Origin: Raillietiella orientalis | Lineage: Eukaryota | Direction: 5' to 3' | DNA: 64,000 bases | Assembly (NCBI GenBank): GCA_036172245.1 | Contig: JAYWIR010000002.1 | Location: 1,488,001 to 1,552,000, forward strand | In this document: piece by piece, positions 13,945-24,800 of the stretch | Layout: every line of letters begins with the position of its first letter | Numbering within the stretch: position 1 is the stretch's first letter | Position numbers and translations under genes: made by a program | The notes under the pieces: model-generated | What the model was told of the DNA's origin: nothing | Seen by the model: only the letters and a program-made list of their open reading frames with translations | The model's database searches: none

Positions 13945-14726
13945 GAAGACATCAAAGCAGCATCGTGAAGGCGCGTCCTAGCTCTTGTTTCCTTGGAGCC
14001 AGCTTGAGAGCATGAAAGCATCAAGCAGGGGCTCCTGAGTGGAGGGGAAGACTGAATAGAAAGACTGGACCCGCATTCTCCTGGGCACAGGTCAACTTAG
14101 CTACTTCTAACCCGGTGACCTTCAGACTGGTGCGGTAGAGGGAAGACTCTGATCCTCTCTCTCTTCCGATGTGTTCAAAAGATCTGATTTCCTCTTCCCC
14201 TCCACCCATGCCGCCTGTGAACCTCTGCACAACGCGCGCCCTTGCTCGGCGCACGCAAGAGAGCAGAGCGAGCTACATCCAACGGAGCTTGCACAAGGTC
14301 ACGCTGCACAAATTCCTTGTCTCCTGCCTGCCTCCTAGGGACAGCTCCTGCTTCGTAAGACTTTCGAGTCCCCTCCGCTTCCCCTCTCAGTGCATTGCAG
14401 CACCGGCTGACTGCTCTCCCCTAGGACAAACATGACCGGCCTGATGCCTGGAGAACTTTGACCATCCGTCCGCTCTCCTTCGAGGTCATCTTCCCTCCCC
14501 CTCTCCCCCCCGTGTTTCAAGCCTGTCGGGCTTTCCTGTGGCTCCTTCCTCACGTGTCTTTCCAGCCTCCAACCGATGCAGTTGACACTTCTACCCTTCT
14601 CGATTATGGTTCTGCTTCCTTTATCCACGCCTCGGGAAGAGCGCCACGTGCTCCACTTGTGATTTCCGACGGCCGCCTCGGACCGATGGCTGTCCATTGC
14701 GAATGCGCATTTCCCGATGCCGGCGG

Positions 14727-15244
14727 GTGGAACCGCGACGGCGTGTGCAAGGTGGCGGGGACGAACTCGTTCCCATCTGCGAAGGAGGTCCCAAGAACTG
14801 GGCGGCGTGTCGTGCAGGTTCGAGCTGGACGTTCCATCGCGGCAGCTGCACGCCAGTCTTCCAGGGTTGCCCCCCACCTACTGTTCTTGCGTCCGAGTTG
14901 CCTGCCTTTGGTCGGAGCTCACCAGTTGGAGGGGCGATCTGCACAGCTTCCGAGTCGGCGCCGATCGTTCCCTCAGCTGCCGGCCCTGCAGCAGTCTCGC
15001 GTTGCGGCGCAAAGAGCTGCGGCTCGGTGCTGCCGAAAGGCAGGTCGTCCGAGTGTGAACCCCTGAAGACAGAGAGACTCTCTGGCCAACAGTAGGCAGG
15101 GGGAGGGGGGCAACCCTGGAAGACTGGTGTGCAGCTGCCCGCGATCGAAGGTCCATCTCGAACCCGCACGGAACGCCCAGTTCTTGGGATCTCCCTCGCA
15201 GATGGGAACCAGTTCAGCCCTCGCGCGCGACGCCACGGTTCCAC
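14727..15244. mobile_element. Foldback / MITE-like element with ~160-bp imperfect inverted arms
   Basis: Arm 14727-14885 is the reverse complement of 15088-15244 (e.g. GTTCCCATCTGCGA, CCCAAGAACTGGGCG, CCAGTCTTCCAGGGTTGCCCCCC, CCTACTGTT), with a ~200-bp spacer. Confidence 0.7.
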
Positions 15245-18200
15245 ATGCAAGTCCCTAGTGGTTTCATAGGACCGCAGGTTGCCGGTTGGCGCTCCCAACC
15301 TGACTCCTCGCGCTCTTGTCTCGGCTCTGAAGACGGCGCTGCTTTCGGAGCTTCCAATGAGTCGTCTTGCCAGAGGTGGTGTCGGCCCCTTGTGGTTTCT
15401 TCAAGGCGAGATCTCTTGTTGCAAATCCTGGCGTGGGGCTTCGAGGCTGCTCAGGGATGCGGTTCCCATGAACTTCGCTGCCGCAACAGGGATGCTCCCA
15501 TCGCCCTCCTGCGAACAGTGCCGTTTCCTGCGTTCGTTACTCTGCGTTCTCTCGTGTGCGCGCTGGACAGAGCCTCTCCCTCTCCTCCCTCAGCATCCAC
15601 CCGGATTGCTCTTCCTGCAGATCCAGAGCCACCCTGAGCTTTCCCGCTCCTCCCCTTTTCCATTCCAACTGAACCGCCTGAGGTGGAGCTGGGGAGGAAC
15701 CAGGGAGAAGCGTTTGTCATCATTCCACAAGGAGGCAGCAGCGTTCGTCAGCGACAGGAAGGGTTAGGAAGGAGGACCAGGAATGGCAGGGCTCGTTGAT
15801 GGTGCTAATGCTGACGACCTCATCCGTTTCACCCCCAGGGGTGCATTCCAGATTCCTGAAGGTGACAAACCTTCCCCTTCACCCCCACCCCTTCTCTTCA
15901 CCGATCTGCTCCTCCTCTTCCTCTTGTCCTCCTGCTGAAGGAAAGACAGGCCACCGGGATGGGAGTGGGAGGAGGTCATATCCCACCCCCTAGCCCGAGT
16001 GGAGAGGTTCTCCACAGTTGGGACGAGGAAGCACGTGCCGCGGGAACCTCGTGGTGACTCCGCGGGCCTCCTACCTTGTGGGTTGCCAGAGCTTCGGAGC
16101 CTCTTCTCAGGAGGGAGGGGCCGCAGGTTGCCCGAGCGGCATTTCCCCGCGTTTCGCCTGCCTCCTCGCGCTCTTCCCTGGGGTCCCTCCTCAGCCTCTC
16201 CCTCCCTATTCTTCGTGCCCCGGAAACGGAATGAAGGACGCGGGACTCTTCGGGAGCCCTGGCTCCTGAGGCCGGAGACGGATCCTCATCCTCCCCGCTA
16301 CCTTGGCGCCGGATGTGGTGTGAGCGCGGGAGGTGGTGGTGGCCGTCGTGGTCAGCGCGGTGGTGCGATGTCCGCCATTTCGAGCCTGTGTTCATTTTGC
16401 CGGGGGTTTCGGCTGACCACAAAGAGGAAGAGGAAGCAAATCCGAGCGCGCGCACCGGGCGCCAGGGCGTGCTGACAGCCCAGCGGGAGGGGAGGGAAGA
16501 CCACGGACGGTTTCGGCCTGCTTTTCCCATTCTCCCTAGAGCCAACTGCAGGTGTCCACCTTCTCCTCCTCCTTTCGAGGAGAAGGCCATCGACGGGTGG
16601 CAACGGTCTGTAGAGGCTGCTGCGAGGACTCTCTCGATTGCTGCTGCAGCTGCTCCTCCTCCTGAGCCTCTGCGTCAATGCAGGCTGCTCTGGTGGCCGC
16701 TAGAGGGACGGCTGACTTCCCGTGAGCTCGCGGGCGTGCCAGAGAGTGCCGCCGCCATCTTCGCGGCGTTCCGAGAGGCCCCCGCCCTCCTGCCGCCGTT
16801 TCTAGACTGATCGTCTCTCCTCCCTGATCGCTGATCCTCGGGTGCTATGGTGCTACGGCCTCCTTCCGCTTCCGGTGCGATGAGACTAATTCCCTTGGTT
16901 CGTTCCCTCTTCTTCCTTTCACCTTTTCCTCCTCATCCCTCCCGATCCCGCGGAAAAAGGAACTTTGACGACGGTTCCCTCCCTCTGTTCCTCTTCTTTG
17001 CCGCCGCCTCCTTGTAGAGCGGCCCGGGATTTCCGAAGGGCAGCATGGGCACCGCCTGGGAGAAGACATCGGGACTTTCGTCCTCGCCCGGTGCGTCCCG
17101 TGGGGTCTAGGACGAGCGAATCCTGGCTTCCTCGCTCCCTCGCTGCGCGCGTTGTCTCAGCAGCGGCGGGTAGCATCGCGGAAAGCGCGGGTTAAGGGAA
17201 ACGCCGGAGGGGGCGGGCAGCAACAGGAGGAACTTGTAGGAAATTCCCCCCCCCTCCTCCCTTTTCGCCCGATTGAAGCTCGCGCGCGTCCTGCGCAGAG
17301 TCCTTCTCCACCACGCGGTACCTCCGCGAACGTCCACCGGGACTCTTTTGTTGTTTTCGGCTTCCTGTTGACGGTGTGCTGCGAGGCAGCGATTGTCCAC
17401 CGCTTCCTCCTTCTCCCACCCCTCATCCAGGAGGACAAGACGGAACATTCTTTTCTCCCCCAGTCTTTTTTTTTTTTTTTTGTCCCTTCCTTCTATTTTC
17501 CCTTTTTCGAATGGCCGCTCGCTTGCTTGCTGAGCGCTGCCAGCGCAGGCGCACCTCGTCGGGAGATGGGGGTGGCGGAGGGAAGCCGCCGGTGCATCTG
17601 CGCGCGCGCGTGCGCACCGACGAGACCCCACGCGCAACCCGTCGAAAAGAGTTTGGGAGGATCCCGGAGAAACCTCCGGGTTCGCACTCAGCATCAGCAG
17701 CAGCCGAGTCTTCTCTTCGCTGATCCCGTTACCGCACGGAGGTGGCCTCTGCCAATCCGACCGCCCCGGCAGCGCGAGTTGCCATCGCGACCGCGCGTGT
17801 TTGTTTGTTTTCTCCCGCGGACAGCGCGCGCGAGGGAATTCGGGTGTTTTCCGACTCCATCGCGCGCGGGGATTCTGTTTGCATCAGTCCAGGATAAACA
17901 ACGTGCGGTTGGCGGAGGTTCTCAGTGCAGGGTGGGGGGAGGAGGAGGGTCAGAGGAGGAGGAGGGAGCGGACGGGTCGCCGCTGCTCTCGTGGAAGAGG
18001 ATCCGTCGCCAGTTGCGTGGCAGGTTTTCTCTTCCTTCACGTTTGATCTCGCGCGAGGCTGCCACCGGGACCATCCGGGTACGCAGAGAGCATCATCCGC
18101 AACAGTCGGACGATGGAGATGGTGGCGAATGGCGGCAAGAGAAGAGAGAGGGTGCGAGTATGTGTGTGCGTGTGTGTGTGTGGAGGGGGTCCGAACGGGT

Positions 18201-18762
18201 TCCACGTGCAGAGACAACGAGGAGGAAGGCGTGGAGGAGAGAGGAAGCGGCTGGAAGAGCAAGTTGGGGGAGGAGGAGGAGAAGGAAGAGGAAGGCGCGG
18301 GGCTGAGATAATGGAACCGGGATTATCGCCGCCGTGGTGGATTCCGTCGTGTGGACTCGTCGCTCCAGCGCGATAAAGCGCCACTTCAGAGGGGCGGGAG
18401 ATAAAAAAAAAAAAAAAAAAAAAAAAGAAAGAGTCCCTCCGTTCGAATTTGCCTGCATCCTTGATTTCGGGTTTCCTCCGACGTCCTTTCCCACAGCACG
18501 GAGAGCGCGCGCGCGCAATTAACGCCGGGCCCAACAATGTGGGTACCGCGCCGAAGGGGAGGTTCGCGCGGAGCTCGCTGCCTGGTGGCGGCGGCAGCGG
18601 CAGTCGTACGCGGGCAGCTGATGCGTGTGGTGGGTAGCCGCTCGTAGTGCTTTCTGCGTTCGGATCGAGGAGGAAGTGCAGCCGCAGCCGCTGCCACCGC
18701 CGCCGCCGCCGCTGCGGGAACAGCGGGAATCTAACACGCCTGCCACAGGACGAAGAAGGACC

Positions 18763-18804
18763 ATGGGAAGGAGCGGCGCGCCGCTGCAAGAGCCGCCAGC
18801 ATGA
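18763..18804 (+). promoter_or_regulatory. Upstream ORF (13 aa) whose TGA overlaps the Notch ATG (ATGA)
   Basis: ACCATGG (strong Kozak) GA AGG AGC GGC GCG CCG CTG CAA GAG CCG CCA GCA TGA. Confidence 0.5.
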
Positions 18805-18879
18805 GCGCCTGGGCGTCCCGCGCCGCCTTGTCTTTGTGGTGGTGGTGGTGCTTCGTCGGTTTGCATCCAGGCTGCGAAG
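18801..18879 (+). CDS. Notch: Notch coding exon 1 (signal peptide)
   Basis: GCCGCCAGC-ATG Kozak-like context. [27 protein letters not shown] ends at the phase-1 donor G|GTCAGT, matching the exon 2 phase. An in-frame TAA lies upstream at 18732. Confidence 0.7.
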
Positions 18880-21800
18880 GTCAGTGGCAGTGGCGTTTTG
18901 GTGGTCGTCTTCGTCGTCGTCGTGGTCGGTGCCCTTTCCCTCCCTCCCTCCCCCCCCCCCTTTCCCCCATGTGCTTTTTTACGACCCCTGTAAAGAGAGC
19001 CAGCGGAACAGGAAGGGACCGGGAAGAAAGAACGTACCCGTCCATAACACGCGTGCGCGAGCCTGCAGCGTGCTGGAGAGCTCGCAGCGGAGGAAGGCTG
19101 TTGTGGTGGTGCAGGGAAGGATGCTGGCGACGCGAGCGCCACGCACTTCCCAGCGGATCTCCGTCCAGAGTGGAGAGCTGCGAGGGAGTCGGGGGTGGAG
19201 AGCCCTCTGACACGTTGTTTGTATGTGGGAAGGAGGGAACGGGGGGAGTAACTCTTCCCCAGTCTCCTCTCGGCTCTCTGTTCTCTTCGCGCGTCTTTGT
19301 CCCTCCTCTCACCTCCCGCCTCCGTTTTCGTCCCGGAATGCGTGTTTCCCTCCGCGTGTGCACGGTGCACTCCACGCCACACGTGCCACCGTCCGCTTTG
19401 CTTACACGCTTCATCATCCGTGCCACAGCACGCTACGGCTTTCTCGGAGAAGCCACGCTCCCGCGGTAACCATAGCCACGGGAGGCGTCGCTGCGCATTC
19501 TCTCGTTCGCCTCCCGTGCGCTTGGCGTCGCGCAGCCAAAATACGTTGGCTGTCGCTGTTGTGCGCGCGCGTTTTGTTGGTCTCGCGGGGGGGGGGGAGC
19601 TTTGCGCGCGCACTGTGGTGCCTCTCTGCCGTGCCTCTTTCTGTGTCCGTGTGCCAGAAGAGTTGCATTGGTCACGCGGCAAAAATGGCGAGAGCGAGAG
19701 GAAGGGAGCCCGTGCGCGCATACACGAGAAAAGAAACAACAACAACGCGAAGAAGCATCACCACCAGCAGAAGAAGCGGGAGGAGGAAGAGAGGGGAGGG
19801 AGAGGGAGAAAGGAAAAGAAGTGATCTTTCAAAGCGAACCGGTCATGAGCGTAGCGTCGCCAGAGGGGAGAGCGCGCCCGGCATTTCGATTCAAGTCCAC
19901 CGACAGATGTCTGCCCTCGGCAGCTGCCGCCGCCGCCGCCGCCGCCGCTGTTGCTGCTTACATCACGGCTCTCAACAGGTCCGCAGACAAAGAACGGCCG
20001 GGGCCCCCTTCAGCAGCCTTTTATTATTCCGGGAGCAGCTTTTGAGGCGCAAGGAGATGGCGGGCGCTGCGCGCGCACCACCCAGAGGGCTTGCTGCCCT
20101 TCCTCCTCCCTTCGCGCGCACGCGGATCTCCTCCCTTCTCCCCCAAGTTGCTTGGGGCGTCCGGGAGATCTCAAGCCAGGACTCGGGCGTCGCTGTGGGG
20201 TCTTGGGTGACTCGGTTCGACCCGGCAGCTGCCGCGGCAGTTGCGGCCGCATCGCGATGATGTGGGTTTTTCTTGCGGAAGGACCGAGTGTGTGTGTGTG
20301 TGGGGTGGGGGGGGGGGGGTGCACGCCCCCTCCGCCTTCACCCCTTCCTTTTCTCCCGGATGCACTCGCAAGGGCTTCTCGCTCTCGCGGAAATCGTGAA
20401 AAGGGTGGCCAGGAAAGGAGGCGCCCGACAGACTGCGAAGGGAGCCCCCGAGGTGAACTCGAGGCGGCGCGAGCGAGGAAGCGCAGATGCGGCGCGCGCG
20501 GTCCTCTCCAGCGGAGTTCTCACGGCCGTTGGAAAAGGGGGAGGAGGAGGAGGAGGAGCGGACGGACGGACGGACGACCCACCTCTCGTTTCCGCGGGCT
20601 ACCGGCTCTCCCCCCAGGCTGTCGGGATGCGAGCGAAGCGACGATGGCGGCGGCGGCAGCAGCAGCAGCATTGGACACCACCGCGCGAGGGAGGGGAGAG
20701 AAGGAGGAGGAGGAGGAGGGGGGAAGATCATCGTTCCGGGCAGGATGTTGCAGGCCCCGCAGCATTCCTCTGGGAACGCCAGTCCGCTCGCGCGGGTCTG
20801 GGAAAACTCGCCGGTTCGCAGGACCTCTGCCGTGACCCGCCGCTGCGCACCACATGCTCTCTCTCGTCGTCCGGGCAGCGGGGCTGCTGCAGCCGTGGAC
20901 CGCCTGCCCCGTTTTTGTTCTCTTGAGTGCTGACGACGCACGGAAAGAAGGAAAAAACATACAAAAAAAAGGCAGGCGACGAATTGTTCGCGAACCTTCG
21001 ATGTACGGAGATGATGCATTTCGGGTCAGTCGCTTCGAGGTCACGAAGGTCACCAGCATTCGCTTGCGTGTGTTTCTCTCCCCCCCCCCTCCTTTTTTTG
21101 GGGAGGATCTGCTTCCGCCGCAGCGTCCTGCCAACATGGCGGCGGCACTTTTGCGATTCCGTGTGTTCCCACGGGAAAGCGGACCAGGCCGGCTCACAGC
21201 AGCTGCCGCGTTTTCGCGTCCCCATCCTTTCTACCCGGCACTCATTCGGGCGTACCCGCCGCATCACCCCTTCCCCCCCCCCCATCTTCCTTCGTTTTCC
21301 CTCTTTTTTTCCCCTCCCTTCCCTTTTCCCGTTCGTTGTTCCTTGCGCTGCTTGCTCGGCAGTGTCTCTAGCGAAAAGACTCCAGGAAGACTTCGCCTTC
21401 CAGCCACGAGCGTCTTTCCGTCGAAAGGGATGTGAACGTGGCAAGGTGACCCTCGGGCAAGCGTTGTCGGGAAGGGAGGCTCGTTGCTTCGTGTTCCCGC
21501 GGGTCCGGTGCGCCCATGGCGCGCGCCTCTCCCGCGCTCTCCTTAAGGGGCGTGCAGGGCGGGCGAGCGCGGTATTGCTGTCCTCTCCCGGGGCCTGCGC
21601 GCTGGAAAGCCCACGGCAGCGGAGGCGGAGGAGGGGTCACGTGACCGGGAGATGCTCTGACGGTTTGTGGCGACGGCGGCGGCGGCCGCCGTCGCCGCCG
21701 CCGCCGCCGCCGCCGCTGCTGCTCGCCCGCCGCGCGGGCGTCTTTCTCTCGAACGCAAACAAACAAAGCGCCCCCTCCCCTTCTTTCTCCGGGTGTTCTG

Positions 21801-24800
21801 GAAGGTTCGGAGCATGAGCGCAGGGTGGTGATTCGTCCTTCGCGGTCGAAACGACCCGCCAGCGTCGCCGAGGGCGTGGCGGCCGCTGGTTGCAGGTGCC
21901 CCGGTCTCCCCCTCCTTCCCTCTATCCCCTCCCCCCCCCCTTTTTTTTTTGTGCGCGCGCGCTCCTGCATTTTTCCTTCCACCTTCCTGGTCACCAACGT
22001 CATGTGCATCGGGCCCTATGGGGGGAGGAACATGTTTTCGATACGGGTGGAGTGGATCACCTGGGACTTTAAAGGGTCGTTCTCCCCCCCTCCCGGTGCG
22101 CTTGCCGCTGGCCTGTGGATTTTCTCTCCCCCCTCCCTCCCCAGGGATTCTCTTCCGCGCCGTGCGCAGTCCAAGAGCCTCCCAGTTACCAGGGCGAGCG
22201 CACAAACCGGGACTGCATACCCGGTTTCGAGGCGGCAACAGAGGCGGCACGGATCTCTTCCTCCTCCCGTCTCGGAGATGCGGTAGGTGGGCGCGGAGGG
22301 GAATGTGAGGACAAACGGCATCCCGGGAGACTTTTCCTGCACCTCTCCAGGGAGGAGCTCTCCCCTCTTTCCTCATTTCGAGTGCGAACGAACGCTTTCC
22401 TGGAGCGCTCTCCTCGAAGACGGAGCAGCGTGCGTCATGCCCGCTCCCCCCGTGGGCATCGTGGGTGCGTTCCCGAAAGAACCCTAGTCGCTCCAGGATA
22501 CTTTCGGGAAAACGGCTCTGCGTGGTCGCGAGCGGTGGTGCCCGGGGGCGGGTGCCGGCGCGCGCTCCTTGCAGACCTGCCTGCTGTCGCAACCGCTTCT
22601 CCAGAGAGGTCGGCCCCTCGCCGCTCGCGATGCGGAAGCGGGTAACCATGGCTACGCTCTGAAGCTGTTGCTGCTGTGTGCCATCTGTGGTGGTGGAAGG
22701 AAAGGAGGAGATCCTTCACCAGTTTGCCTTCAGGTCGGGTGCGCCCTCGGGTTGGAATCGCAAAGAAGGAAAATTGGGGGGGAGAGGGAGAGAAGGAGGG
22801 AGGGGACATCTTCATGGGTTCGTGTGTGCGGTCACGTCATCCCCTCCCGTTTTTCCATATCCCGTTCCTTCTCCCGTTCGCTGGACCACGCAAGATGGGT
22901 GGTCCTGGAGCCGCCCGGTTCCAACGACGCCCCTTGCGCGACCTGGCACGCTCTCGCGGAAGCTGCGGTGCCACAACCTTTGCTCCGCCCTCCCTCTCCG
23001 TAGACGGAACTGAGAAAAAAAAACAAGGGGTGAGTGGAGTGCTGCGGGACCGCGTTGATTTCCCTCCTCCCCGCTTTCCGGCTTTCCTGCGGGAGACCGC
23101 CCAGACCGTCGTGGCTTCTAGCGACGGCTGCAGCTGGACGCGCGCGCCACCTCTTCTGACGGCAATCCTCGTCCTCCGAGCAGCCGAGGGTGCGCTTCAG
23201 AGGCGTCTACGAGGCTGCCGGGGGGTAGGGCTGGGGAAGGGGGAGTGGAAGCTGGGAGCAGTTGAAGACGGGCAGCGTCCCGTGGGCGGAGAGCGCCGTT
23301 GCATCACCATCCTTGCCTGGAGGCTCTGAAATGCCCCGAGGGAGCGGAAGGTGGCTCCCTGCGAGCGTAAACTCGCAATCTTGGCGTATTTCCCGGTGCC
23401 CAGGGCAACCGCTCTGCCCACACAGGCAGGTTCCCGGCTCTCCAGTCGTCCGCCAACGGAGGTGCTCTTCTTGGTTTCTTTGAGGATCGGGGTGAAGTGG
23501 GATGGGTGGCAGCAGTCCGTAAGTGGGGTGCCCGCTGCTTGCCCTGCCCCAGGGGATTCTTTGTTTTGCGCTTCCCCCCCCCCTCCTCCCTTCCAAATAC
23601 GAAGCCTTTCGGCTGACCGGCAGGGAGCGGGGGAATGTCGTTCCCGCCAAGAGTTCCCTGAGGGGCCTTTCCTGGTCCCTTCGGCCTAGCGATGCTTCGC
23701 CGCCCTTCGAGTCGTTTGCTGACTTTGCCGCTGCTTTTTAGGTCTCCTCTCCTGTTCGCCCAACCCCTGCAGAAATGAAGGGATCTGCGTCCAGAAGTCC
23801 AAGAACGACTACTTCTGCAGGTGAGTCGCCGCCGCGACGCGGCGCTTGCGTGCGGGACTCTTTCCGCCTCCCTTTCCCTCTCAGAAGACGCTTCACAGTC
23901 GTCCGGTAACGCGTGTTGACTGATGGCGTGTGCTCGCGCGCGCGCTTTCCGGCATCTCCTGCCGCACCCCATCGCCGTTCCTCCCGCGCTCCGCTTTGTC
24001 CGCGTTGCCTGCGCGACGAGGTGAGCGGGCGTGGGCCTGTACGTCCACTCGCTCCTCCCGCAGCAGCCTTCATCCCCCCCCCCCTTTTTTTTTGGCTATT
24101 GGCTCGCACGCTTCTCCCGCGTGCCACCGTTCGGGGTAGGCCGTCGCTGTAAGTCGGCGCGGCGGGGGCTACGGCGGCTGGTGGACGCGCGCGCTCGTGG
24201 CTCCCGCGCACGCACGCCTCGTTTCCGGAGCGTGCATCCCTTCCCACGGAACGCGGCCAATCAGGAGCCAGCATGGACCTCTCGTGCGAATGGCCTGCGC
24301 CGGCGAGCGTCGCGCCCGCGGTCTCGCTGCTGCCCGTCCCAGGACGCTTCTCGTCGCAGGCGTGACCGCCGAGCACGGACTCGCGGTCACCTCCCCTCCC
24401 GCTCCTCCCCCGCCTTCGCCCCTCCTGAGCGATCGTCCTTAGCCCTCGCCGCGCGCGCTGGTGTGCAGCGGTGCCCTCGACCTTGGCGTGCAGCACTTTG
24501 GCCGGCCTGCCGCCGCCACGAACGCCACCCGCGTCTGCGGCAGTTTGCACCGAAACCCCTTCGTTCCCGTTTCCCCGTTATCGCCAACCCTCCTCTCTCC
24601 ACGCGCGGACGTGATTGCACCGCAGGTTTGCCGCTTCTGGGCAGGAAGGTCCGGCGGAGCTCCTCCGGAAGTGCCAGGGCGCTTGCCGGCTCGCCAACCA
24701 TCCGAGAACGCACGCGCTCCCTCATTAGGGAGGAGCCGTCGGTGCGCGCGCGTGCGTGCGTGTGTTCGTTTTCGAGCGTGTGCGTGCGCTCGCCAACGAC

